This document shows positions 1 through 9,498 of a DNA stretch of 64,000 nt, piece after piece. Position 1 is the first letter of the stretch, and each line of letters opens with the position of its first letter. The position numbers and the translations under genes are program-made. The DNA is taken from positions 26,716 to 90,715 of the forward strand of contig JBDHEI010000003.1 of the NCBI GenBank assembly GCA_039591075.1, written 5' to 3'. The notes under the pieces are model-generated. The model was not told the origin of the DNA. It ran no database searches and saw nothing but the letters and a program-made list of their open reading frames with translations. The stretch is from Gemmatimonadota bacterium. Lineage in GTDB: Bacteria; Gemmatimonadota; Gemmatimonadetes; Gemmatimonadales; GWC2-71-9.

Positions 1-1
1 A

Positions 2-436
2 ACCGGCTACGTCGATTACGAGACGTCGGAGTCGGTGGGTCGGGGCATGCGGGTGCGCGTGGTCGTGCCCCAGCTCGAGCGGGTTCCGCTCCCAGTCGAC
101 CAGCCGGTCGTGCGGCCCAAGCCGGTCGACTACTGTGCCGAACCGGGTCCGGATTACAACAAGAACGGCAGCTGCTTCGATGCCGCGCCCGCGCCGAGCC
201 GCGCTCCCATCCTCCCGCTGCCCGATGGCGTCCAGGGGACCCCGCGGACCGTCCTGTGGGTGTTGGTGGGTTCGGATGGCCAGGTGAAGAAGGTGAATTG
301 GCAGCGGCGATCCGGCTCGCCACGCTTCGACGTGGCTGCGCAGGCCTATGCCCGGCAGGGACTGTCCTACACCCCAGCCACGAAGAACGGGCGCTCTGTG
401 GATGCCTGGCTCCTCCTGCCGGTCACGGGTCGATAG
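2..436 (+). CDS. TonB C-terminal domain-like protein (5' partial, frame open to window edge)
   Basis: The frame is open from nt 2 with no upstream stop. The C-terminal segment VLWVLVGSDGQVKKVNW...AAQAYARQGLSYTPATKNGRSVDAWLLLPV resembles a TonB_C energy-transducer domain. Stop is TAG 434-436. Confidence 0.55.
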   Translation, partial: TGYVDYETSESVGRGMRVRVVVPQLERVPLPVDQPVVRPKPVDYCAEPGPDYNKNGSCFDAAPAPSRAPILPLPDGVQGTPRTVLWVLVGSDGQVKKVNWQRRSGSPRFDVAAQAYARQGLSYTPATKNGRSVDAWLLLPVTGR

Positions 437-450
437 CCCATCGGCGGCAC

Positions 451-954
451 GTGATCCACCCTTCCGCGTTCATCGCCCCCGGTGCGGTCGTCCTCGGCGA
501 CGTCACCGTCGGGAGCGACGCGTCCGTCTGGTACCACTGCGTCATACGCGCCGACATGGCGCCCATCCGGATCGGGGACCAGGCGAATATCCAGGATCTC
601 ACGACCGTGCATGTCGACGAGGACGTGCCCTGCACCATCGGGAACCGGGTCGGGGTGGGGCATCGGGCCATTCTGCACGGCTGCACCGTGGATGACGAGT
701 GCCTTGTGGGGATGGGTGCCGTACTGTTGAACCATGTCCACGTTGGCACGGGGTCCGTCATCGGGGCCGGCGCCGTGGTAACGGAGGGGGTGACGATCCC
801 ACCGCGGTCGCTGGTGCTCGGTGTGCCAGCCCGCGTGGTGCGACCTGTCGACGAGCGGCTCGCCGGGCGAATCGAAACGACCTGGCGGCACTACGTGGCG
901 TTGGCCCGGCGGCACCGGGCCGGAGGAATCTCGAGGCACCCAACATCTTTGTGA
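451..954 (+). CDS. gamma-class carbonic anhydrase family / hexapeptide-repeat protein (YrdA/PaaY-like)
   Basis: Left-handed beta-helix hexapeptide pattern: IHPSAFIAPGAVVLGDVTVGSDASVWYHCVIRAD, IGDQANIQDLTTVHVD, GHRAILHGCTV, GAGAVVTEGVTIPP. The long ORF 256..954 overlaps the upstream gene, so the start is placed at in-frame GTG 451 (start uncertain). Confidence 0.8.
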   Translation: MIHPSAFIAPGAVVLGDVTVGSDASVWYHCVIRADMAPIRIGDQANIQDLTTVHVDEDVPCTIGNRVGVGHRAILHGCTVDDECLVGMGAVLLNHVHVGTGSVIGAGAVVTEGVTIPPRSLVLGVPARVVRPVDERLAGRIETTWRHYVALARRHRAGGISRHPTSL

Positions 955-1129
955 TGTGAATAGTCGGAAGGCGCGCCGCCGCGCCGCGTCTTCAGCCACT
1001 TGCGTCGCCTCAGGTCGATTTCTACCTTGCTTCCCCACGCCGGTGCGGGTCCATCTTCCTCGGATGGCCCATCGAAGTCGATTAGCTTTCAGTCCGGACA
1101 CCGCTCGCCAGCTCGAGGAAGGGGCTTTC

Positions 1130-3616
1130 ATGGCATTTGGGGACGATTCCGCGCAGCGCAGTGAGCCGCAGCTCAGCGACAACGCCGTCACGGTACTCAA
1201 GCGGCGCTACCTGATCAAAGACGAGCAAGGGCAGACGGTCGAGGAGCCAGGCGACCTGTTCTGGCGGGTTGCCCGGAACATCGCTCAGGCCGACGCACGC
1301 TATGGCGCGAGTTCGGGGGCGGTGGAAGCGCTCGCTGAGACGTTCTTCGACGTGATGGCGTCACGCGTGTGGATGCCGAACAGCCCCACCCTGATGAACG
1401 CCGGGCGGCCCCTGGGACAGTTGTCGGCCTGCTTCGTCCTGCCGGTCGACGATGCGTTGTCGAACGGCACGACCGGGATCTACGACACGCTGCGGAACAT
1501 GGCGCTCGTCCATCAGTCGGGCGGTGGGACGGGGTTCTCCTTCTCGCAGCTGCGGCCGAAGAACGACGTCGTGCGCTCGACGATGGGGGTCGCGTCCGGT
1601 CCGGTCTCGTTCATGTCGCTGTACGACGCGTCGACCGAGGTCGTGAAGCAGGGCGGCACCCGGCGCGGGGCCAACATGGGCATCCTGCGGGTCGACCACC
1701 CGGATATCCTCGATTTCATTACCTGCAAGAACGACATCACCAAAGTCACGAACTTCAACATCTCGGTCGGCGTGACGGACGCCTTCATGCAGGCAGTGGA
1801 GGCCGGCCGGCAGTACGATCTCGTGCATCCCCGCTCCGGCGAGGTGGTCGGGCAGCTCGATGCCCGTGAGGTGTTCCAGTCGATCGTCCACGGGGCATGG
1901 AAGACGGGCGAGCCCGGGGTGTTCTTCATCGACCGGGCCAACCACTACAACCCGGTTCCCCACCTGGGCAGCTACGAGGCGACCAACCCGTGCGGCGAAC
2001 AGCCGCTCCTGCCCTACGATGTGTGCAATCTCGGCTCGATCAACGTCGGGGCCTTCGTGCAGGACGGGGAGGTGGACTGGGACGGCCTGCGCCGCACCGT
2101 GCACTTGTGCACACACTTCCTCGACAACGTGATCGATGTCAACCGGTATCCTCTGCCGGAGATCACCGACCTCGCGAACCGAATTCGCCGCATCGGCCTT
2201 GGGATCATGGGCTGGGCGGACTTTCTTGTGCGCCTTGGCGTCCCCTACAGCTCCGACGACGCCATCGAGTGGGCCCACCGGATGATGCGATTCGTCGACG
2301 AGGAGGCCAAGGTCGAAAGCGAGCGGCTCGCTGAGAGCCGCGGGGTGTTCCCGGAATGGGAACGGAGCATCTGGGGTCCCGACACGTCCTGCGCTCGGGA
2401 TGCGGAGGGGAATCGCATCCGGCCGATGCGGCGGCTGCGGAACTGCAATCTGACCACCGTCGCGCCGACGGGCACCATCTCCATCATCGCCAGTTGCTCG
2501 TCGGGGATCGAACCGCTGTTCGCGGTGGCGTTCATGCGCAATCAGGCGGGTGTCCTGATGCCGGACGTGAATCAGGACTTCGTAGCCCTGGCTCGACAGG
2601 AGGGGTGGTACTCGGAGGATCTCATCAGACGCATCGCCGAGGAGGGCCACATCCACTTCCCGGAGGTCCCGGAGCGGTGGCAAGAGGTGTTCGTCACCGC
2701 TCACGACGTGTCACCCGAGTGGCACATTCGGATGCAGGCGGCATTCCAGGAATGCACCGACAGCGCGATCAGCAAGACCTGCAACTTCCCGAACGAGTCC
2801 ACCGAGGACTACGTCCGCGAGATTTACGAGATGGCCTACCGCGTCGGCTGCAAGGGCGTCACGGTGTACCGAGACGGCAGCCGGGATCTCCAGGTGCTCT
2901 CGACCGGCAAGACCGCCAAGAAGGTGCAGGACGCGCACGGGAGTGAGCGCGACGGGCGCGACACCGAGGTGGTTGACCTGAAGGCGCAGGTCGCCGAGTT
3001 GGAGGCGGAACTGGGACTGACGCGTAAGCGGATGCACGAGGTCGAGGCCGAGAACCTCCAACGCCGCCAGAAGCGCTCCCGGCCGGAGTTGCTGCGCGGG
3101 ACGACCCGCCGTCTCGAAACACCGCTGGGAACCCTGTACGTGACGATCACGGAAGACGATCGCAGCCAACCCTTCGAGATGTTCATGAGCCTCGGCAAGG
3201 CCGGAGGTGCCCTCATGGCGGATGTTGAAGCCATGGGCCGCCTCATCTCGTTGGCACTGCGCTCAGGTATTCCGCTCCAGGAGATCTATCGGCAGTTGCG
3301 CGGGATCTCGTCCGACCGGGTGAGCGGGCTCGGACCCAACAAGGTCCTGTCCGTACCGGATGCCATCGGGATCGCCATTGAGAAGTGGATGCAGGAGAAG
3401 CAGGGCGTCCAGCAGGATCTCTTGGAAGAGGTCACGAATCCCGGAGCCGTGGCCACACCGCTCAAGAGCAGCCCGTCGCCATCTGACGGAACCCTCTTTG
3501 CCTTCAAGCTCGATGCCGATCAGCATGCGGGCGCGTGCCCGGACTGCGGATCCCAGCTCGAGTTTGCCGAGGGCTGCATGAAATGCCACGTGTGTGGCTT
3601 CAGCGAGTGCGGATGA
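1130..3616 (+). CDS. nrdJ: adenosylcobalamin-dependent (class II) ribonucleoside-diphosphate/triphosphate reductase
   Basis: Class II RNR motifs: LSDNAVTVLKRRYL, PNSPTLMNAG, LSACFVLP, GGGTGFSFSQLRP, NPCGEQPL, TVAPTGTISI, KGVTVYRDGS. C-terminal Cys-rich zinc ribbon CPDCGS...CMKCHVCG. ATG 1130 is preceded by gaggaagggg, and the 821..1129 extension looks non-coding. Confidence 0.93.
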   Translation: MAFGDDSAQRSEPQLSDNAVTVLKRRYLIKDEQGQTVEEPGDLFWRVARNIAQADARYGASSGAVEALAETFFDVMASRVWMPNSPTLMNAGRPLGQLSACFVLPVDDALSNGTTGIYDTLRNMALVHQSGGGTGFSFSQLRPKNDVVRSTMGVASGPVSFMSLYDASTEVVKQGGTRRGANMGILRVDHPDILDFITCKNDITKVTNFNISVGVTDAFMQAVEAGRQYDLVHPRSGEVVGQLDAREVFQSIVHGAWKTGEPGVFFIDRANHYNPVPHLGSYEATNPCGEQPLLPYDVCNLGSINVGAFVQDGEVDWDGLRRTVHLCTHFLDNVIDVNRYPLPEITDLANRIRRIGLGIMGWADFLVRLGVPYSSDDAIEWAHRMMRFVDEEAKVESERLAESRGVFPEWERSIWGPDTSCARDAEGNRIRPMRRLRNCNLTTVAPTGTISIIASCSSGIEPLFAVAFMRNQAGVLMPDVNQDFVALARQEGWYSEDLIRRIAEEGHIHFPEVPERWQEVFVTAHDVSPEWHIRMQAAFQECTDSAISKTCNFPNESTEDYVREIYEMAYRVGCKGVTVYRDGSRDLQVLSTGKTAKKVQDAHGSERDGRDTEVVDLKAQVAELEAELGLTRKRMHEVEAENLQRRQKRSRPELLRGTTRRLETPLGTLYVTITEDDRSQPFEMFMSLGKAGGALMADVEAMGRLISLALRSGIPLQEIYRQLRGISSDRVSGLGPNKVLSVPDAIGIAIEKWMQEKQGVQQDLLEEVTNPGAVATPLKSSPSPSDGTLFAFKLDADQHAGACPDCGSQLEFAEGCMKCHVCGFSECG

Positions 3617-3658
3617 TCCCACCGCCTGGCGCGGCGGACGGATGAAACACGATGGACA

Positions 3659-3685
3659 GGGGGGCGCGCGACTGCGCCCCCTTTG
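3659..3685 (+). terminator. Rho-independent terminator candidate downstream of nrdJ
   Basis: Perfect 8-bp GC stem GGGGGCGC (3660-3667) / GCGCCCCC (3674-3681) with a 6-nt loop, followed by TTTGG. It lies 43 nt after the nrdJ stop. Confidence 0.6.
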
Positions 3686-3762
3686 GTATGTTGCACCCAG
3701 GGTGGGTCGGGGGAGGGCCCGGTGAGAGCCGCCAAGCGGCCAGACGCTGACGAGGCGCTACG

Positions 3763-3945
3763 GTGACGAAGGCGTTCCAGCTCGTACGGCAACTCCGGCA
3801 GGAACGGCGCGATCTCGGCTGGCGCGGTCTGGTGCGCAAGCGGGGGTGGACCCTCGTGGTCATGGTGGTCCTGTTCTACCTCGTCCGCGATCTCGTCTTG
3901 TATGTCGCGATCCCGTTGGCGGTGGCGTTCGGGCTGTCTCGATGA
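3763..3945 (+). CDS. small hypothetical membrane protein (one predicted TM span)
   Basis: 60-codon ORF with a GTG start. A basic N-terminus is followed by the hydrophobic stretch WTLVVMVVLFYLVRDLVLYVAIPLAVAF. No recognisable family. Confidence 0.35.
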   Translation: MTKAFQLVRQLRQERRDLGWRGLVRKRGWTLVVMVVLFYLVRDLVLYVAIPLAVAFGLSR

Positions 3946-3958
3946 CCGAGGTAACGCG

Positions 3959-4327
3959 ATGAAAACCAGCGAAATCTGGGCGCGAGTACGCCGAAGGGGG
4001 GCTCACGGGCTCCGACGCGGCGCGTGGTACCCCGTGGTCAGCGAGGTGAGAGACGACCTCGTGCTCGTGGACGTCGCCAGGCGGAACGTTCCTATCCCCC
4101 GGGCCTTGGTCGAAGTGAGTGACCAGCGGCCGTCACGGTGGAGTGTCGTGCGGTGGGACCCCTCCGAGGGCGGTGCGAAACGCCTGAGCCAAGAGGGTCA
4201 CACCATGATATATGCCGTGTGTCCCGTGTGCCGCTCGCGAGCCAACTTCGAAGAAGCCAAGCCGGAAAGCATGCCGTGCTCGGAATGCGGAGGCGAGTTC
4301 GAGGTGGATTGGGATCACCCCTGCTGA
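3959..4327 (+). CDS. hypothetical protein with C-terminal CxxC...CxxC zinc-ribbon
   Basis: ATG 3959 (MKTSEIWARV) lies within ORF 3902..4327. The C-terminus reads CPVCRSRANFEEAKPESMPCSECGGEFEVDW. No family recognised. Confidence 0.5.
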   Translation: MKTSEIWARVRRRGAHGLRRGAWYPVVSEVRDDLVLVDVARRNVPIPRALVEVSDQRPSRWSVVRWDPSEGGAKRLSQEGHTMIYAVCPVCRSRANFEEAKPESMPCSECGGEFEVDWDHPC

Positions 4328-4405
4328 ACCGGCTCCACCCCGGGCCCGCGACGCCACTCCCACCACCATTCTGACGACCCCCCGAGCCGGTCCCTATATT
4401 TCGCC

Positions 4406-5641
4406 ATGCCGATTGTTGAGCGCAGACGAACTGTGACGGCCCAGGTGGGCAACGTCCCGATCGGATCGGCCCATCCGATCGTCGTTCAGTCGATGACGAA
4501 CACCGACACTGCCGATGTCGCAGCAACGACGGAACAGGTCGCGGCACTGGCCGCTGCCGGCAGCGAGCTGGTGCGCGTCACCGTCAATACCGACGCGGCC
4601 GCCGCTGCCGTCCCGGAGGTTGCAAAACGCCTCGCCGATCGGGGCGTCGCGGTGCCCATCATCGGAGATTTCCACTACAACGGCCACCTGCTTTTGGCTC
4701 GGCACGAGGCGCTCGCCGCGACGCTGGCGAAGTACCGGATCAACCCGGGGAATGTCGGTGCCAGGCGGCGCGACGAGAATTTCCGCACGATCGTGGACAT
4801 CGCTCTAGCACACGACAAGCCCGTGCGGATCGGTGTCAACTGGGGATCGCTCGACAAGAGCCTCCTGACCGAGTTGATGGACGAGAATGCCCGACGGTCC
4901 ACACCGTTCTCCGCGCGAGACGTGACCCTCCACGCCATGGTCGAGAGCGCGATGCGCTCGGCGGAACTCGCCGAGGAGATCGGCCTGGCACACGACCACA
5001 TCATCCTCTCGGTCAAGATGTCGCAGGTGCAGGATCTAGTCGACGTCTACCGACAGCTCGCGCCGCGGTCGGACTATCCCTTACACCTCGGGCTCACCGA
5101 GGCCGGCATGGGAGCCAAGGGCATCGTGGCGAGCGCGGCGGGGTTGGCCATTCTCCTCCTCGAGGGCATTGGCGACACCATCCGCGTGTCCCTCACGCCG
5201 GCGCCAGGCGGCGACCGCGCAGAGGAGGTACGTGTCGCGCAGCAGATTCTACAGGCCATGGGACTTCGAAGTTTCATGCCGCAGGTGACGGCCTGTCCCG
5301 GTTGCGGCCGCACGACGTCCACGTTCTTCCAGGAGATGGCGGAGAAGATCCAAGGCTACTTGCACGCGCAGATGCCTGTGTGGCGAGAGCACCATCCGGG
5401 CGTCGAGGAGATGCGCGTGGCCGTCATGGGCTGCGTGGTCAACGGTCCGGGGGAGTCGAAACACGCCAATATCGGGATCTCGCTCCCCGGCACCTTCGAA
5501 GAACCAAAGGCACCCGTGTACGTCGATGGCGAGCTGTCCGTGACCCTCAAGGGGGATCGGATCGTGGACGAGTTCATCGAAATTCTCGAGGAATACGTCG
5601 GCCGAACATATCCGACGCCGAGGGAACCCGTCACGTCCTGA
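4406..5641 (+). CDS. ispG: 4-hydroxy-3-methylbut-2-en-1-yl diphosphate synthase (MEP pathway)
   Basis: [42 protein letters not shown] matches the IspG/GcpE N-terminal TIM-barrel signature. C-terminal Fe-S cysteines are present: CPGCGRT ... GCVVNGPGE. Confidence 0.95.
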   Translation: MPIVERRRTVTAQVGNVPIGSAHPIVVQSMTNTDTADVAATTEQVAALAAAGSELVRVTVNTDAAAAAVPEVAKRLADRGVAVPIIGDFHYNGHLLLARHEALAATLAKYRINPGNVGARRRDENFRTIVDIALAHDKPVRIGVNWGSLDKSLLTELMDENARRSTPFSARDVTLHAMVESAMRSAELAEEIGLAHDHIILSVKMSQVQDLVDVYRQLAPRSDYPLHLGLTEAGMGAKGIVASAAGLAILLLEGIGDTIRVSLTPAPGGDRAEEVRVAQQILQAMGLRSFMPQVTACPGCGRTTSTFFQEMAEKIQGYLHAQMPVWREHHPGVEEMRVAVMGCVVNGPGESKHANIGISLPGTFEEPKAPVYVDGELSVTLKGDRIVDEFIEILEEYVGRTYPTPREPVTS

Positions 5642-5682
5642 GCAATCACCGCCGCCGATAGTGGAGGGTTGGGAGGAGCGCA

Positions 5683-6681
5683 GTGGCTCGAGGTACCGTG
5701 TCGCGACTGGTTGCCCTGTTTCTGCTCGTGGGCTGTGAGCACACCACCCCCTTCGAGCTGCGAGATCCCGAGCCGATGGGACCCGCGAGCGCCCAACTCC
5801 CGCTCCGCCTCACCTTCAACCCGTCCGAAGACCGCGACCCCGCCGCCGGCCCCGACGTGATCGTCTTCAGTCGCCTGGAGCCCGGGCGGACGGACCTGGA
5901 CCGCTGCCTGGCGTTCCTGCCAGCTCGGGGTGGCACGCTGATGCGCTCGGTCTGTGCCGGCGGTCCGCACGCCGACGGGGTCACCGATGGCTGGCTCCAG
6001 CCCGCGCTGTCGGCCGGTGGCCGGATCGCCTATGTGCGAGAGCGCGCCACGTTTCCTGCCATCGCCCCAACGTCCCGCGACCTGGTCGTCGCTCCCGTCG
6101 CAGCTCCGGACAGCGTGACCGACGAGGTGCTGGTGCTGTTCCAGGCGGCCGACGGCCGCCGCATCACCGCACTGCGCGAGTTGCAGTGGACCGGCTCTGA
6201 CCTTCGCTTCGTGGCTGGCCAGGATTCATTCCCGCGCGTGGCCGGGGTGTTCGACACGGCGTTCACGCCGGTGGCGCTCGCCGAGCTCACCCCGACCGTC
6301 GGGGTGCTCCGCGAAATCCCAGGGACAGGCGGTGCGTTTGCGCACGCCTCGGCCCCCGACGGCGGTATCTGGTTTGTGGCGATCGGTGCTCCATCGACCC
6401 TGATGCACGTTGCACCGGATGGGTCCGGAGCCCGGGTGTTCGGGACGTTCTCGCGACCGGTGGCAGCACTGACAGCGGTCGACGGACAGCCGGTGGCAGT
6501 CCTGGCAAACACCGACCCAACCTCGGTGGAATGGCTGGACGCCGAAACCGGAGCGGTGGTGGGAGGCACATCGATTGCCGGTGAGGCCGGCCGCATTGTC
6601 GACGTGCCCGGCTCCCGGCGCTTCGTGCTGGAGCTTCGGCGTGGGGCCGACACCGATCTCTGGCTCCTGGAGCTCCCGTGA
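5683..6681 (+). CDS. hypothetical lipoprotein (beta-propeller-like)
   Basis: GTG start preceded by gggaggag. Signal peptide plus lipobox LLVGC. The stop overlaps the GTG of the downstream TonB-dependent receptor (GTGA at 6678-6681). Confidence 0.6.
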   Translation: MARGTVSRLVALFLLVGCEHTTPFELRDPEPMGPASAQLPLRLTFNPSEDRDPAAGPDVIVFSRLEPGRTDLDRCLAFLPARGGTLMRSVCAGGPHADGVTDGWLQPALSAGGRIAYVRERATFPAIAPTSRDLVVAPVAAPDSVTDEVLVLFQAADGRRITALRELQWTGSDLRFVAGQDSFPRVAGVFDTAFTPVALAELTPTVGVLREIPGTGGAFAHASAPDGGIWFVAIGAPSTLMHVAPDGSGARVFGTFSRPVAALTAVDGQPVAVLANTDPTSVEWLDAETGAVVGGTSIAGEAGRIVDVPGSRRFVLELRRGADTDLWLLELP

Positions 6682-9428
6682 GGGCCGTCGTGGTCGTGGC
6701 GTGCGGGCTCTGGATCCCGTCGGCTGCGCTGGCCCAGGCTGGGGGACTCGTCACGGGACGGGTCATGGACGCGCTGAACGCCCGGCCCGTTCCGGGCGCG
6801 GTGATTGTCGTTGGCGGTGGCGAGCGGGGGGCGGTCACTGACGGGGACGGGCGGTATGCCATCCGCGACCTCGCTCCCGGGTACCACCGACTCAGCGTCC
6901 GTGCCGTGGGGTTTCGAGTGCTCGTTCGCGACAGCGTATTCGTCGGGAGCGGGCGAACCACCGTCGCCGACTTCACCCTGACGGGCGAGGCCGTTGCGCT
7001 TCCGCCGGTGGCGGTCGAGGCCACACCCGACCGCCTGCTGGATCCGCGAGAGCCGCAGACGTTGCAGCCGATCGGCGCCGAAGAACTCCGCGTCCTCCCG
7101 GTGTCGACGCTGGAGGAAGCGGTTGCGCTCCAGGCCGGGGTGGTGCTCGGCTCGTTCCGCGGCGGCCGTCTGGGGCAGGACGTGCTGGTTGTGGATGGCT
7201 TCGGACTGAAGAACCAACTGGACGCCTCGTCCGACCGACTCGGGCTGCGGCTCCCGACGGTCGCGCTCGAAGAGGCCACCGTGGTTACCGGTGGGTTCTC
7301 GGCCCGGTACGGACAGGCCCTCTCGGGCATCGTCACGGCTGCGACCCGCGATGGGGGAGACCGCTTGGAGGGCACATTTGCGCTCGAGACTGACCGACCT
7401 CTCCCGAATGGGTGGGACGTCGGGCTCGATCGCCTGACTGTGTCGGCCGCGGGACCGGTTGTGGGGCCCCTCCGGTTCCTCGCCGTCTTTGATGCCGAGG
7501 CCAGAGTCGACGATGACCCCGTCAACGCGCCGGCGCCGTCGGACATGCTGGATCCCCGTTCCGACGCGCCGTGGGTGTTGCCCGGCAACGCGGGAGAGCG
7601 ATACGACGTCTTCGGAAAGCTGACCCTGCCGATCGGACGACGGAACACGCTGCGACTGCTCGGGCTCGCATCGGAGTCCCAGCGCCAACTGTACGACCCC
7701 CAGCTCAAGTACGCACCCGCCGCCGCGACCGGCGAGCGACTCCACGGTCGGTTCGCCCTGCTTCACATGCGCCATGTGACGCCTCCGACTGCCGCCACAA
7801 CCATCGTCGCCGACGTGCGCGTGGGATTCTTCGAGAAGAGGGCGGTGCGGGCCCCCTTGGCCGAGGCACCCGACCACCGCTTCGGTGGGTTTACCTTCTC
7901 CCGGCTGGCGCTCGTGGGTGAGCGCATTGCGGAGTCGCAAGACACCGTGGCAGCCCAGGCCGCCATCCCCGGGTTCGAACGGCCTGCGTTCGTCGAGAAT
8001 TCGCCGTGGGGCGTTCCCGCGTTCTTTCTCACGGCCTCGCCGCGCGGTGAGCTTGCATGGAATCGGTTTCGGGAGGGTCGGCTGCGTGTCGATCTTCTCG
8101 TCGGCCCGGGCCCCGACACCGACCTCCGGGTCGGAGGGGAGTATGCGCGCCAGCGCGTGCAGACCTTCACGCGGCTCGAAGCCTACCGCTCCGTGTCCGA
8201 CGGGGCGCCGCCGGCCACGGGATCCATTTTCGATCCGCGCCAGGGAGCAGGATACGTCGAGCTCCAGCAGCGCACAGGCGAGCTCACACTGACCGCCGGC
8301 GTGCGGCTCGATCTGTTCAACGGGCGGGGCTCCATAGGAGAGCTCGAGAGCGATACGAAGTTTGCCTTCGGACCGAGATTGGCGCTCTCGACGGCCTTGG
8401 GTTCTGCGACGGTCGTTGTCGGTTGGGGGCGGTTCGCGCAGCCCCCGGATTTTCAGTACCTGGTGGATGCGGCGTTCGACGACACGCTGCGCACGGGTCG
8501 GTTTCGCCGCGGCAATCCGAGCCTCGGGTTCGAAACCAGCACCCAGTATGAGTTCCAAGTGCGGGCGAGGCCTGCGCCCGGCGTTGCGCTTCGGATCGGG
8601 ACCTTCGTCAAGCGTCTCGACGGACTTGTCGCGTCGATCCCACTGGGCCTCGATCCCGACAGCGCGATCTTCGCCAGCGGCGACTTCGGCAACGTTCGCG
8701 GGATCGAAGCGACGCTCGAGCGGGAATTCAATGGGATGGTCGGCGGGCGAGTAACCTATGTGCTTCAGCATGCGGAAGCGACGGCCACGGACGCCCGGGA
8801 TTTCTATCGGCGCCTTCGAATCTCCCCCATTGGAGACACGATCGTGCCGGCCACGGCCCAATATCCACTCGACTTCGATCGGCGTCACGCGGTGATTCTC
8901 GTGGGTCGCGGGCGGGTGCCCCCGGCGGCCGGAAGGACCCTTGGCGGAACGGAAGGCACTGTTGTGGCGCGCTGGGGATCCGGGTTGCCATTCACGCAAA
9001 CCACGGCGGCCGGTGACTCTCTCATTGGGCTCCCCAACAGCGGCCGCCTCCCCTCGGAGTTCAGCCTCGACCTGCTCGTTCGGCGGGAGTTCGGACTCCA
9101 ATCGCTGCGGGTGGCAGCGTTCGTGGATGTGCGGAACCTGACCAATAAGCGGAACGTGGTGGCCGTCCGTCGCGAGAACGGACAGATCATGGCCAGTGAG
9201 ACCCAGATCGAGGCACTCGCGGAGCGAGCGTACGCGGCCAATCCGAGCTCGATCCCTTACGAGTCGCCGCGGTATCGTCCTTGGGCCGATCTCGACGGGG
9301 ACGGAACAGTGGCCGGTCGCGACGAGCTGCTGCCGCTCTTTCTACGGGCCGCTCGGGACATCGCACACCCGGTCTTTCTCCATGGCCCTCCGCGGCTCGT
9401 GCGGCTCGGCATCGAGATTGCGTTCTAA
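6678..9428 (+). CDS. TonB-dependent receptor with N-terminal carboxypeptidase-regulatory-like domain
   Basis: Signal peptide ...SAALAQA. CarboxypepD_reg signature GRVMDALNARPVPGAVIVVGGGERGAVTDGDGRYAIRDLAPGYHRLSVRAVGF. Plug-like LEEATVVTGGFSARYGQALSGIV. The long beta-barrel region ends in the aromatic terminal residue ...GIEIAF. Confidence 0.85.
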   Translation: MRAVVVVACGLWIPSAALAQAGGLVTGRVMDALNARPVPGAVIVVGGGERGAVTDGDGRYAIRDLAPGYHRLSVRAVGFRVLVRDSVFVGSGRTTVADFTLTGEAVALPPVAVEATPDRLLDPREPQTLQPIGAEELRVLPVSTLEEAVALQAGVVLGSFRGGRLGQDVLVVDGFGLKNQLDASSDRLGLRLPTVALEEATVVTGGFSARYGQALSGIVTAATRDGGDRLEGTFALETDRPLPNGWDVGLDRLTVSAAGPVVGPLRFLAVFDAEARVDDDPVNAPAPSDMLDPRSDAPWVLPGNAGERYDVFGKLTLPIGRRNTLRLLGLASESQRQLYDPQLKYAPAAATGERLHGRFALLHMRHVTPPTAATTIVADVRVGFFEKRAVRAPLAEAPDHRFGGFTFSRLALVGERIAESQDTVAAQAAIPGFERPAFVENSPWGVPAFFLTASPRGELAWNRFREGRLRVDLLVGPGPDTDLRVGGEYARQRVQTFTRLEAYRSVSDGAPPATGSIFDPRQGAGYVELQQRTGELTLTAGVRLDLFNGRGSIGELESDTKFAFGPRLALSTALGSATVVVGWGRFAQPPDFQYLVDAAFDDTLRTGRFRRGNPSLGFETSTQYEFQVRARPAPGVALRIGTFVKRLDGLVASIPLGLDPDSAIFASGDFGNVRGIEATLEREFNGMVGGRVTYVLQHAEATATDARDFYRRLRISPIGDTIVPATAQYPLDFDRRHAVILVGRGRVPPAAGRTLGGTEGTVVARWGSGLPFTQTTAAGDSLIGLPNSGRLPSEFSLDLLVRREFGLQSLRVAAFVDVRNLTNKRNVVAVRRENGQIMASETQIEALAERAYAANPSSIPYESPRYRPWADLDGDGTVAGRDELLPLFLRAARDIAHPVFLHGPPRLVRLGIEIAF

Positions 9429-9498
9429 CTCACCCGGGTTACCCTTCAACACGGATGTGCAAAGTCCCTGTGGAGAACGCCGCAGGAGTGTGGAGTCC

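Noticed and set aside
821-1129. Long N-terminal extensions offered by the ORF track. Examples are nrdJ from 821, pyk from 9981, cinA from 22628, mnmA to 34612, rSAM-2 from 55085, msrP from 51032 and the creatininase gene to 46584.
   Set aside because: The extensions overlap neighbouring genes, are Arg/Pro-rich, and precede internal Met/Val starts where the recognisable family N-terminus begins, often with an SD or a 4-nt overlap with the upstream stop.
955-1129. Possible cobalamin riboswitch or NrdR box in the 175-nt nrdJ leader.
   Set aside because: I could not find a B12-box-like element or the 16-bp NrdR palindromes by eye. A B12-dependent RNR is also not an expected target of a cobalamin OFF-switch. 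A cmscan would be needed to exclude other RNA motifs.
2890-3130. Charged coiled-coil insertion in NrdJ (DLKAQVAELEAELGLTRKRMHEVEAENLQRRQKR), considered as a possible intein or a foreign insertion.
   Set aside because: There are no intein splice motifs or endonuclease blocks. The segment lies at the variable linker where some class II RNRs are split (NrdJa/NrdJb). The C-terminal Cys-rich zinc ribbon is a known feature of many class II RNRs.
6030-9101. 1023-aa ORF on the minus strand, the second-longest ORF in the window.
   Set aside because: It is antisense to the lipoprotein and TonB-dependent receptor genes. Its translation is Arg/Gly/Pro/Glu-rich low-complexity sequence with no motifs, while the plus-strand products have clear signal peptides and receptor motifs. 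This is a typical high-GC shadow ORF.
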